Part shown: piece by piece, positions 52,121 through 64,000 of the stretch | How positions within the stretch are numbered: position 1 is the first letter of the stretch | Layout of the letters: each line of letters starts with the position of its first letter | DNA from: Chlorokybus atmophyticus | Taxonomy: Eukaryota; Plantae; Mesostigma and Chlorokybus algae | DNA length: 64,000 nucleotides | Reading direction: 5' to 3' | Assembly: GCA_009103225.1 (NCBI GenBank) | Contig: RHPI01003642.1 | Location: forward strand, 1,169,099-1,233,098 | Translations under genes and position numbers: made by a program | Notes under the pieces: generated by a model | Told to the model about the DNA's origin: nothing | Database searches by the model: none | Seen by the model: the letters and a program-made list of their open reading frames with translations, nothing else

Positions 52121-55100
52121 CTATCGAGTTCGCGACTTGCGCAACTGCAAAGATCGACGCAAGCTCGGCAACCAAGTCGCCCACGCCAACGCACCTGTTT
52201 CAACATGCGCTTGAGCCGACTTACTGGAAGAGTCGCCGGAGTGCTGCTCCCACATTGATGTGGTAGCACTTGCTATGAGGAGGGAGCAAGTACGCCCGTC
52301 TTCATGCACTGCGAGCCCGTCCAACGGAAAGCGTGCAACTGCCGTGCATCCGCCGTGCTCAAGCAGCCACAATGCTCGCGCACTTAGCAGCAAAACAGGC
52401 CGGATGAGCGTGCGCGGTCCTCTATCGCCATATATCAGCTCCACATGTGCCGTGTCAACAGTGGTGTGGCTAACATACGAGTCGCCTGACTGGTCCAGGA
52501 CCTGTCGCTGGTACCTGGGCACCATGCTGTGAGCGCGGAGACTGGCAGCGTCGGATTGTCGCGTTCTTCCTGGACGCCTCTGCTTGTGCAGCTGGTAAGC
52601 CGTCGCAATGCCCGTGCTGCTAAGGATACCCTGTGATGCTTGCGCTACCATGTCCAGAGCCCCACTAACAGGGCGAGTAAACAGTCCAAGAACCCCCTGT
52701 CAGCATAAGCTGGCATGTTCAAGCCGCAAAAGGCATCCAAACTTTGCATGCATATGATGCACACACTCATGCTTGTACGCATGCACCAGATGCTACTTGC
52801 ACTCCACTGACATCTGACGTTGTTCTCCAACGGCTTCAGTAACTCACCTTGCCCATGCCCATAATGAGGCCGGAGCCTCCCGATGTGGCGGCTCCCCTGA
52901 TAGGTTGCATGACGAGACCAGACACTCCATCAACAACACCTTGGCCAAGTCCTGAAAGCCCTGTTGCTAGTGCTTGAGTAACATGCTGTGGGTTTGCCCG
53001 TGTGCGAGCTGGTGACCCTCCCTGCAACACCACACAATGTGCATTGGTTTTGGCGTGTGAAGCGCACTTATCAACCTTACATCAACGGATCATCGCCTTA
53101 CCTGCGGCCTGCCTTCCACGGCACGCTCCAGTATGCGTGCAACACTAGAGCTGAACCCTGCTACCGATGTCAACGACCATGTGGTCATATGGCGTGCAAA
53201 AGACGCGCTGCCTTGACCGATGCCATAAATAAAGGCTGCAGGGCTCCGCTGCATCCCTTGCATCGGCATACTCACAAGGTCGCGAATGCCTGCACCAACG
53301 CTTTGCACAAGTCCCGTGGGGTTGAACAGCAGCTCAAGAGAGCCCAGCATGCCGGGTGCGTTGAGGATGGCTTCAGCGACATAGTGTGCGAGTAACCCGT
53401 GCAGCAGCACGGGAGGGCGATACAGCAAACCCCGCAGTTGCAGCGCGGATAGTGTTAGCGGTGACCGATGGGTGTCGATGGAAACAGGGCCAGATATATG
53501 AATGTTGAACAGGCAAGCTGCTGCTCCTATGTCAAGCTCCTCAAGGTACAAACGCGAAGCGACCATGAGACTTGTGTCCGCTAGGAAAACTGGAGGTGCA
53601 ATGGCAGTCCAAGCAGATGCCCAATACGAGCCGTGGTTGGGATCTTCGTTCACAACATAGTCTCCAACTTTCAATCGTATCCGCTCCACTAGCTGTAGCA
53701 GCGGATCATTAACATTGACCACTATCGACTGCGTGTGTACTGTCAATTTGCGCAACCATAAACTGTCAAAGGAAGCTGTCGCAGGAGGAATGTCTGCTGG
53801 CAGGCATGCCAGGCAAGACAAGCTCAAAGCTGGCGTGTTGTCGGCTGCAGGCCATTGCGACGGTTCAAATGCAAGTACATAAGCATGATCACCACCATCA
53901 GCAAAGCTGTCCAGCTGCAGAGCGTCCACTTGAGCCTTTATTGAATGGGTGGTGATCCCAGCTCCTGTGACTAGCGGCAACTCATGGCGCTGAAGGTACA
54001 CAACTTGCATGCCATTGACTGTGAGTAAGGCAATCTCAGCCGCAGAAGGAGTCGGCTCCTGTGCATCCATCAGTTTGGCATGATCGTCATCCCAAACAGA
54101 TATAGCCAGGCAGTCAATTCTGACGGTCACTGTCAGGTTGGGCGACGAGTGTGCGGCTAAGCTCTTTGCCTCTAGCGCCAACATCTCATGGGACTCGAGA
54201 ACGATCTCAGAAGTTGCGCCTTTGCAACTAACAGCAACAGCAACAACAACCGTCTGTTTGCCACACACCAGGCTTAGCATCGTCCTCTTCATGACGCGAC
54301 CCATTCCAATGGGATCAGACCACTCGCCATCTGGAAGTTGAAAGCGCAGCTTTGGGTGAACAGCAGGGCGATGAAGATCAAGCATGGCCTCATCCTCATT
54401 GCCGGCGCCAACGGGGTCATCATCCCCAATACCTGCTCTACGCAAGGTTCCTGCTGGCCAGTCGTGCTCCACTGTCTGTTCCGCCCGTATGAAAGCAGCC
54501 AGCTTGTTGACACCCTCAGGCGCTACCAGTAGGTCATGTGGAGTGTTGTTGCGAAACAGGTAAGGGGGCTGTTGGTCACGAAATACCACAACATGCAGCT
54601 GCCCTTTGGACACGACCACTCGCAAGGAGACCATGACTATCGCATTGCTGGACGATTGAGGCTGGAGAAACAACCTCTGCCGCTGGTGCTGGCGTGCAGC
54701 TGCAGGCAGCGATATGGGACCTGTCCACAGCGCTTGTTTCAAGTCACTGCTGCTTGATGGGTATGCCAACTCGCCAGCGGGTGCCAGTGACACAAGCAGA
54801 TTGGTCAAAGCATTACTCTCATCGTCCTGCGCAGTCAGCCAATCTGTTGGGCCGCTCCACGCTGCTAGTGGCAGGGCCCGTGTGCCAGGGGTGACAACTT
54901 GTGCATCCACAGGAGAACCATGCGCAGTGGCGAGCAGCAGACTATACTCGCTGAGGTTGGACACCAATGCCCACGGCACCACACATATGTGTCTGATCTG
55001 GTAAATCGCCTTCAATGGGGAGCGTTGCAACCTGAGCATGCAAAGTGTTACCAGTTGCATTTAAAAACACACTTGGTCAGTGATGCAACAATGGCATGAC

Positions 55101-58100
55101 TCTCAGTCCTTACTTGGAGTTCTCTGACCACACCAGCAGCTTTTCCACATGGCTGTGTGCTCCAATCTCTTCTATCAACGAAACATGCTGCAGTTGCGAC
55201 TCAGGATTGATGGCATTAGACCATACTGCTGGACCACTGGGTTTGGCACTGTGTGATAGTCGCCCGATCCGCAAGATAACTTTGCTTCTTTCAGCGCTGG
55301 CTATGTGAATGGCAACAGTTGCTTTGGCTGGGATCTCATACTTGTCATTGGCAGACGTCAGTATGCACAGCGTGCTGCCTGTTTCATTGTGCAGCAGTGT
55401 CTGCGGAACCAGTGACAGCCGCACTGATGGAACGCCAGGTTGGTAGCTGTCAGCTAGGACAACACATGCTGCCTGCGTCAATTGGAAGAAACCCAGTCAA
55501 TTTATCATAAGTAAGAGCTACGACTTGACAGGATACCACTACACAGATCGTACCTTGCCTGCATGACCGCTGAGAGTCATGGGCAGCAGCTGACCGACTT
55601 CTGGCATGCGTTTGGTGCTGCTCCGCGTGCCTTCCAACGTACTGGACGGCGCGGCCAACAACAGACCCTCTGTCCATGCAGCAGTCTGTGTGTGTTCTGC
55701 ATTGGTAGGACCTGCTTCCGGATGGCCAGCATCCTCCGCCAACAAGAGTTCTATATGTTCACTAGCCATTGTTGCCACATGCAAGGCAGCTTCCGCGCCA
55801 GCAGCAACCTTTGACGTGTAACTGCGTGCTGGGGAAAGTCCTGAAGTGCGATAGAATAAATTCTGGGGCATGCAGTTGCTGAGGAAGAATAGTGGCCACA
55901 GCGTAATTACAACCTGCTATCAGAGAGGAAAATGTCAACATTTAGCGACAGCTGCTGTTGTCACGCCACCATGTTGCTGAACAAGAATGCAGATGTGACA
56001 AATGTGTGATGAGACCTGACCTGCCCTGATGCAGCTGTGTTGCAAGCTGTCTGACACCAAAACTGGTAGGGCTGCTCTGAACCCGCAACAGGAACAGAGA
56101 GCAGGCTAGTGGCGGATGCGTTGTTTACGACATCAATGGGTTGGGACCATTCCTTCCCTTCGCCGAACATGATGCATACGGAAGGGTGATGATCTTTGAT
56201 TGGGCCTCCTTCAATGCAAACTACGTCCCTCTGATGTGCACCGGACTCGCCCGCTGCAGGCAGAGCAAACAGCAATTCGCCTGGCGTGCAATAGTTGCCA
56301 GGCTGTGAAGGGGATAGCCGAGATGGGGAAGCCCACGACTTCTGCACTGGAGCAGCTGGTGGAACAAGTCCTCTGTACCGAACAACCAGCAGGTGGGCTG
56401 TCCTATTGACAATCTCATAGCCTGGCTTGATGACGACCGAAATATGGCGACCAACCACACTAACATTGACAGACACTGCCATAGATGCGGCAGCTGGTAG
56501 CATGACTACACGCCGAATGCTCGCCTTTCCATCTATCGCAAATGGCTCGCACCATATGCTATCCACACCACCATCGTCACCATTACGCTCTGTGCCAAAA
56601 CAAGCACGCAGCAAGGGTCGCTTTTCGGCATGCAAGATGGGAGGCGTGTGCCACGAGTACAGCACGTGAGAACCTGCTGACAACGAAAGGCGCTCATTCG
56701 TGCCCACCTGCCCGATGCATAAAGGGATAAGGGCATGGTTCTCAATGCGATAACCACCAACATCGGCAGTCCGGCGCAGCACTGCTGCTTTGATGCTGTT
56801 GTGCACCAGATGGTCAATCTGAGCAATGGGATGTTGTAAGACAGCCACAGAAGTGATCGCCCTGTGCACTGCACGCAGCGCTCCCTCGCTGAGCTTGATT
56901 TCTGCAGTCCCACTGATATGGCCTGAGATGCAAAGACCACTGCTGGAAGGTGGCAGCCGTGGAAGAGGCGACAGCGTTGCTTCAATCCTGCCCTCGTGAT
57001 GGGCGCCTTCATGCACGCCAGTAGCTGGCGCTGCAAACGTCTGTACCATCGTTGCTTTGTCCAGATTTGTTTCAACACAAACAGCTATGCTCAATGCACT
57101 GACAAAGGGCTCCTGCACGATCAAGACAATGATGTTGAGTCACAGCAACTGCATCGAGGAGCAAACAAAATCAAGCACAGGTCTCAAGACCTACATGTAC
57201 CAACGTCGCTGTATCCGCATATTCAGCAGACAGGACCCCTGCCACTGCGACGGCAGTGGTATTGTCGCTCCATGAATGCAGTCCAATGCAAACATTTGAA
57301 CCGCGAGCCGCAAACTGCTCAACAAACGCCTCTGAGTCCTGTTGCAAAGGAGGAGCAACGCATCAGCTGCTGCTGTTGCAAAAATGCATGCAGACATAGT
57401 GTATCCTAGCATGAGCAACACCTGCTGCAGGATAGTCGCCTTCACATTCGCCAAACGAGCAGAGAACACAAAAGGCGCCACGAGCGGAGGGTTGGTTCCC
57501 CAGGCTGGGTATTGTCCACCGAAGGGGTTGACATGCACACGCTGCAGCACTGATGGGACACTGAACTGAGAGTGAAGTGCACCACTGCTTGAGTTGGTTA
57601 ATCCACCAGAAGCCATTGCCCAAGAAAGACGCCATGTTGCCGCAACTTGACCGCCAGCATCAATGACCACCGTACATCCAGGTGCTGTACAAACAGCCAG
57701 AGGAGCAGCATCCACGTAGGTACCTGCAGCAAAAGCAACCATAACCCCGTCATGAAAGAACAGAGACGGTTGTGGGATATGCAAGTCACTGTTAAGATGC
57801 TGGCAAGCAGGCACATAGTACCGGCTGATGCATCAAATTGGCTCAATTGGAATGCAACCGGCACTGCTGGCTGATGGCCAGGTTGTTCCACAGAGATGCC
57901 CTCAATGACAACCGAGTACACCTCGCGTTCATAAGGGTACCTGCAAGCCAGAGAATCAGCATCACCGTAATCCTGCAGCTTAGGGCCAGAAAGATAGTGA
58001 CATACCCCCATGCTATCCACCCATCACTTTTCAACCGATCTGATGTGCCTGGACTTGTTCCCCAGCTGATTTCAAGCCTGTTGGGCACCTCTGCGGGCTC

Positions 58101-61100
58101 TTGAGACTTCTTGAAAAGCCCAAGGCGCAGATCATCGCCGTCGACAGAAGTAGCTGGAAAATCTTGGCGCAGCTTGCAGGCCTGCAATGGAAGAAGCATG
58201 ATGCACCACAGTTGCCTGCACATTGAGCCATGCAGGCACCCACCTGAGTGTATAACGCCTCCAGTACAGATCCGAGTTGAGTAATGGCACTGATATGCTG
58301 CTGAGACAGGCGGACATCCAGAAACTGTGAGTCGAGTGTAAGCGACACTGGCAATGGGATGCCTACGACTGAGCCAGAGATATGGACATCTGTATGGGAA
58401 ATGGTGAGTGCCGGCGCCTGAAAGGCTGAGCTCGTTGTGAACAGGCTGCCACTAATCAGTGAGACATCAAAGCGTTGCACGAAAGCCAGGGAGTCGGCTG
58501 CAGGCGCTTGCATTAAGGCAGCTGCCGCCATGAGCTCCCCGCTTGAAAGACTGGGACTTTGCGCCCCTACCCAACGGCGCGCATCGTCCTCAAGTGTATC
58601 GTGCAAAATGGCCACAGTGTCCTCGACATCAAGCAAGATGCCTGTCGCTTGTGTGTATGCGGCTGGCTCAGTGGCAGTCGGGAACTCTGACATAACATGC
58701 AAGGAGGAATGTCCCAACACTACACGGCCATTGATAGATGGTGGGCGTGATTTTAATGGAAGCTCCTGCTGCTTCCTGCTGCTCAGCGTCTTTACATCCC
58801 AGAGAGTTGCCAACGTAACAGCCTGCAAGAAGGAATGCAGCGTCATGTGCAACCGAGCATTACACCTTCATGGGGGGTGCAATTTGGCAGCGTTGGATTG
58901 CTTCAGTCGCTTGCGGCCAGCATGCATGGTCCCGTGGACACAGGGGTACACGCAGACCAGCCATCCACACAGAGATACATACTCAATGCACTCACCTCTT
59001 CAAACACCTGCACATCGAGCTGACTATTGAAGCCAGCAACGTCTGCAGTGAGCTCAGCACCAACACCGCCTTGCACGCAAGCACGCCATTCTGCTGTGAT
59101 AAATGGCCTGTCGCCTGCCGTTGGTGCCGGTTTCAGCAGCAAGTGCTTAACGACTGATTCCTGCAAAAAAGTTGTAATCGCATTTATGGCGTAAGAACAT
59201 TATTTTTATGAATAACTTCGGACGCACCTGCAATTGTGGTGAAGCAGGTCGTGCAACCGTTGCAACCATTTCACCCAACCCAATTTGCACAGCCAGCCAG
59301 GACCTTGCGCTGTTCTGTCCTTGTGTCTCAACAGGTCTGGCACCAAATGCATCCACTAGCCGCTGGCGATGTTGTTCCAATGGACGCAGGGTGAGCTGGC
59401 TGCTTACATGCAATCTTTGCATTGCAACTGCGACAGTGGACGTCTGCATAGTCAAGTCCTGCAATGCTGGCCGGGCACAACCGAATGACCGCCATGTGTC
59501 CAGTGCAATAGCCAACTGCTCAATGCGAAGGGAGAAGGCATGTGGTGTAGGCTGGGAGGGATGCGTGGCGCTTGCATCCATCTCTGGCAACTCAGGCAAG
59601 GGAGGCAGCGCAAGTAGAAGCTGATGCTGCATCTTGCTCAAAGTGACAGTAATGGCCACAACCGTACAGTCCAAGCCCTGCAACAAAGCGCAATGTGGGC
59701 ATCTGGACAACCAACTCAGCAGTCATAATCGCTGGCACATGCCAACAAGGGACTGTACCAGCGGAGAGGTGCTAACGGTAGCCTTCCGAGGAATGCTCAG
59801 GTTCAGCACGCCTTTGCGCACGGACACAGCAGAATTGGGTAGCTGTCTAAGCTGTGCATGCCCGTCCTGAGCACAGTATCTTATCAGCAACAGCTTAAAC
59901 TCTCTGCAGCTGTAGTTGCATGAGGACAAGCTGCAACCTGCAAAGATCTGGTCTTGTCAGTATAACCCAGCAACACGTCCAGCTCCGGAAGTGTGACTGA
60001 CAACGCGGCCAAGACCTCCTGCGTGCTCGCCACGGCAGCCACACTGGATGAAACTGCAGAGCCGGAGCAGATGCTTATCTGAAGTTGCTGTACACATAGC
60101 TGAACTGCCGCAAACTGGTCACTGCGGCGTGCAAAGGAGGTGGATGCCCCATCAGCTGACGGCAAGGGAGGTTCATTTAACTCCTGCAGCTTGGCATGAT
60201 CGGCTAAGAGGACAGCACTTGAATTTATTACAGTAATGCGGCAATGAATTGATGGCGCAAAACTTGCTGTTTTTGTAAGCACGGGAGGTGTGCCTGATGG
60301 TGGGGAAAATTGCTGAAGTTTGAAATCTAACAGGCACAGCAGTGTACTGACGCTCAGCTCTGCCTTGACTATACCAAGCTGTGCATCTACACGCAAAGGA
60401 GCAGAGTCCTTGACCGGTGGGACGTCACGATCGTTGTGGTGGAACGTTAACGGCAAATGGATCCTAGCTTGAACTGCTGTTGCTGATGGCACTGCCGGCA
60501 GAAGAGACAGTCTGCACAGGCATACTTAACAACGAGTACTTCAGCACCAACAAACACGCAAGCACCATGCCTCACCTTGTTGTCAGCAGCTTGGCAACTG
60601 CAGTTTCAAGCTGCACAGCCACAAATGCAGGTGTGCTGTTGCTCTTCGTGGTGTACTCCACCGCAAGTGCCATGACAGAGACCTGCACCAGCAAACCTGC
60701 AACCAGACAGGTCGGCAGGTGTTAAAGATCACAAACAATTTAACATGGATGCCTGCTAGCAGCAGCCTACGTGACAACATGAGCATTGTTACAGAAGGGT
60801 TGTTGCTTACTGTGCGTTGAGAGTTTTTGTGGCCACTCTAGTGACACCTGGTTGAAGCCATGCTCCATGGCTATTGCATGGTACAGCCGCAGGAAGTTTT
60901 CAACATGCCTTTTTTTCACGGTCAGCGTCAGTGCATCCAATGACACACTGGCTTTGAGGTCACTTGCAGCCCGTTGACTGCCAGAGAGTGCAGCAGTGCT
61001 GCGAGTGTCACTAATGGACGCCTGCAGGGTAGCTGCTGGTGCAATAACGTGGTCTGCCTGCAACGAGATGTACAACATGCTCAATGTACCCTGCCACAAG

Positions 61101-63709
61101 AGTCGGTGGACAGTGCTCAACGCCATTGCACAGCTTACATGTATTGTGGCATGAGAAGCATCTGGAAGCCACTCAGGTATAACCGCCAGTTGCACAGTAG
61201 CCACTATGGATGCTGTTGAGCAACCTGACGGCAACTCCTGCCCGGATGGCGCTGCAGAGGTCTGCACACTCCCAGCAAGGCTCAACACTTCAAGAAGCGC
61301 TGCTGTACTAGGTGCTGGCTGGCCAAACGGGGCTGAAAGCACACAGACTCGCAGGGTTGCAATAGCCAATGATACATCACCAAGCTTGGACATAATCAAG
61401 GGCTCTGAGACTGTTTCTGTGTGAGCCTCTGCAGCTGTGGGATCAGTCTGCTCTTCTGTTGTTGGCTCTGCGACTTCTTCCATAGGGCTTGCAGTGCTAT
61501 GCACCCCAGCGAAGTCAAGTATGGCAGCAACAAGCCCGCTGCTGTACGCTGCCGTCACACGACCAACATCCAGCGTGGTTGCAAAACTGGAACTATCTGC
61601 TGTTACTGTCAATGAAGCATCTTCCGAGCTGGGAAAAGAGTTCCGTAAACTTCTTTGCCATTGAGCGCCCACAGCAGGCATGTCACGCCCAACAGGATAC
61701 ATACCAAATACTGTACTCTTGTCGCCCGCAGCACTGTGTTGGAACAAGTCCAGCTTAAAGAGGTGCATGTTGACTTCAACCAATGCATCCCCAATGATTG
61801 AAGCCTCAGCCGCAGCACTGGCCCATTGCAACTCCATGAACCTCACAGACCGCGACCGCAAGCTGCGCAACCTCAGCGACCGCTTGGATTCACGCAAAGT
61901 GCTTGCAAAAGGAGCCAGCGAGCCAAACTGTGCGGCCAACTCCAGTGCGTCCAACTCAGACGTTTCAGCTCTGGCTGAAGAAGGCTCATGAGCGCTTGAT
62001 CTGCCTGCAGAGCTGCTGCGCAGGAGCTGCTGTCCAGGCTCGGTGCTTGAGTCCTCATCATCCCTGGATTTTGAAGCCGCTTGTTCACTGAGACTTGAGA
62101 AGGATGTAGAGGCTCCGCCGTGTTCAGGTGACTCAGCTGCTTCATTGGAGACTTCTATACGACAGCACACGATACTACCGCGTTGCAGGCTGACAACAAC
62201 AGCTACCTCAGCAGGTTTGACGCTAAATTCACCTCTATCTTTGGCCCCTGGTGACTGTGACCCAGTAACACCATCCTGCTGCAATGATGCAGCGTTTGCT
62301 GCATCTGTGTTGGCGAGAAAGTCCCATACTGCTCCCAACGCCCAGCCGCCAGCTTGCACCACCTGTGCAACAACAGGGGGGCTGGCTGCTTCAGCTGCTT
62401 CTTGTTCAGCTGGCTTGTCTAAAATTTTCGCTGGCTCCTCCTCAGCCTCTGTGCCTGCAGCAGCACCTGCACTTTTCGTCGCTTGTGGAATCAGCAAAGA
62501 GATGATACCCTTCAGTAGCTGAATTTGTACATCGCTAACAGAAGCATCTATAGACTCGACATCCACGGTCACATTGGTCTGCTGTGCATCGGTCTGGTTT
62601 GCCACCCGATGAGTGACACGCGCCCTCACTAGTGGGGCCCGTAACAATGGGTCTGCGCAGCGAGATTCAGTATGACATGATACAAATGGCACTAAAGTTG
62701 TGCTGTTTACCTAGGAACTGGATCGAGTCGCCAGATTGAGACTTGTCAAGGCAAAGTGTGATGTTCTTGATTTGCAACACTTTTTGCAGCAGGTAGGTAT
62801 CCGTATCCTGCGAAAATCAGACTGCTGTACTCCATGCCAAAAGCGCAGCTGCCCATCAGTGCACCATAGCACTTACCACGAATGCAGGTTCCCAGTCAGA
62901 TCCTGCAGAGAAAACTTGCACAGCCTCGCAGGATAAGGTGGCTATAGCATCGTTAGCAGTGTACTTGACAACAAGATTGTTGACACGCAGTGTGATGTTG
63001 GAGAGGGCACGCTGCACTAAGCCACCAATCCAACCCACTACTGCAGCAGCGTCGCTCAAGTCGGAACCAGCTGTCGCCACAAAAGTTGTAAGCTTGTGAT
63101 ACGTTTGCTGCACAGTGGTCATGCTACCTCACACGAACAGGTTTCTTACAAGAACTTGCCAAAGGTGGATCGTCTAGACGCCCCTTTAACACTGTTTCCG
63201 GTGATGCGCTTGCATTGCTTGTGGAAGCTGTGACTTCATCTGGTGTGGCAGCAAAGACGCACTCCACGGTGTCCAGCACTACCTGTATCAGATTTGAGCT
63301 GACTGCACAAAAGCACGCCACAAGTTGCACAGTATAGGCAGCAATGCTTACTGCATCTTGAAACGTGTACCTCAATGGGTTCGGATGCCAGCCGAGTCCA
63401 CGGTATTTTGATGTGAAGCTCTCTGGCGAATGTCCTGACCACTCTTCCCGGAAAGTTTTGCAGAACCTCTGCATGAGTGTGGCTAGTATAGGCATGAGCT
63501 TCAATGCAAAAATTACGCGAAACCAACTCAAAGAGCTGCGCATGCATGAGCCGCCTGACCAAACAATGCTTACCGTCCAGGTTGAGCTCAAAGTTACGAA
63601 AGATGACTGAGCCTCCTGATATAGAGGCTCGGAAATCGGATCCGGCAGCGTCATCTGCGTTTTTGATGAACTTTCGTGCAAGTCGCAAAACAATCTGCAG
63701 CAGGTTCAT
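52121..63709 (-). CDS. VPS13B: VPS13-family bridge-like lipid transfer protein, VPS13B-like
   Basis: Chorein-N start MNLLQIVLRLARKFIKN...GGSVIFRNFELNLD...ELHIKIPWTRLASEPIE/VVLDTVECV; ITLRVNNLVVKY; VAB-like region YRIENHALIPLCIGQVGT...YSWH; PPYLFRNNT; C-terminal LELLFNPTGLVQSVGAGIRDLVSMP and GVVDGVSGLVMQPIRGA. The B-subfamily call rests on the IPWT-x-L-x-SEP motif. Confidence 0.88.
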
Positions 63710-64000
63710 TGCTCAGAGAGTTTGCTGCAAAATTGTGGCACAACCCCGACTTGCAAGCGCTTGTCCACACACTCCATGCTAAAGTGATTGATTAGTCCTA
63801 ACTCTGACGAGCAGCGGCACGCGTGCAGTCCTGTCATGATTACAGTCTGCATGCACAGAGTCAGACTAACGGCATAAGCCTTGCGCGTTACAGCTCACAC
63901 AACAACGCATTCGGCCAATGCTGAAGTTGCATGCAATCACAGACGATGCCAACATCAAGTGCAGAACCTACGAAGGAGCGCGACGTCAATGTCAATGAGT

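Overview
Eukaryotic nuclear DNA with standard genetic code, GT-AG spliceosomal introns and occasional GC-AG introns. It is most likely from a green alga: this is inferred from a plant-type PP2C, a plastid-type transit peptide and TGTAA motifs after several stop codons. All gene models below were spliced by hand from the sequence. Left to right: PP2C phosphatase (+); a bacterial-type ketose (D-psicose/D-tagatose) 3-epimerase with a probable plastid transit peptide (-); a triple-SAP-domain protein (+); a single-gene SbcD(Mre11-like nuclease)-SbcC(Rad50-like ATPase) fusion with a probable organellar presequence (-); a ~14 kb gene for a giant type-I membrane protein with 3 bacterial cadherin-like repeats, 30 IPT/TIG domains, Cys repeats, a SEA-like module and a TM helix (+); a tandem-ubiquitin-like (RLRGG)-Cys-domain-RING-H2 protein (-); a helical/possibly HeLo-like-ARM-like-WD40 protein (+); a TKL kinase-WD40 protein (+); and a VPS13(B-like) lipid-transfer gene (-). 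The best leads are the organellar SbcDC fusion and the ~30 kb central block (TIG receptor, diUbl-RING, HeLo-like WD40, kinase-WD40), which resembles an uncharacterised recognition/immunity/cell-death module. There are four assembly gaps and one 240-nt poly-C run. No rRNA, tRNA, CRISPR array or intact transposon was recognised.
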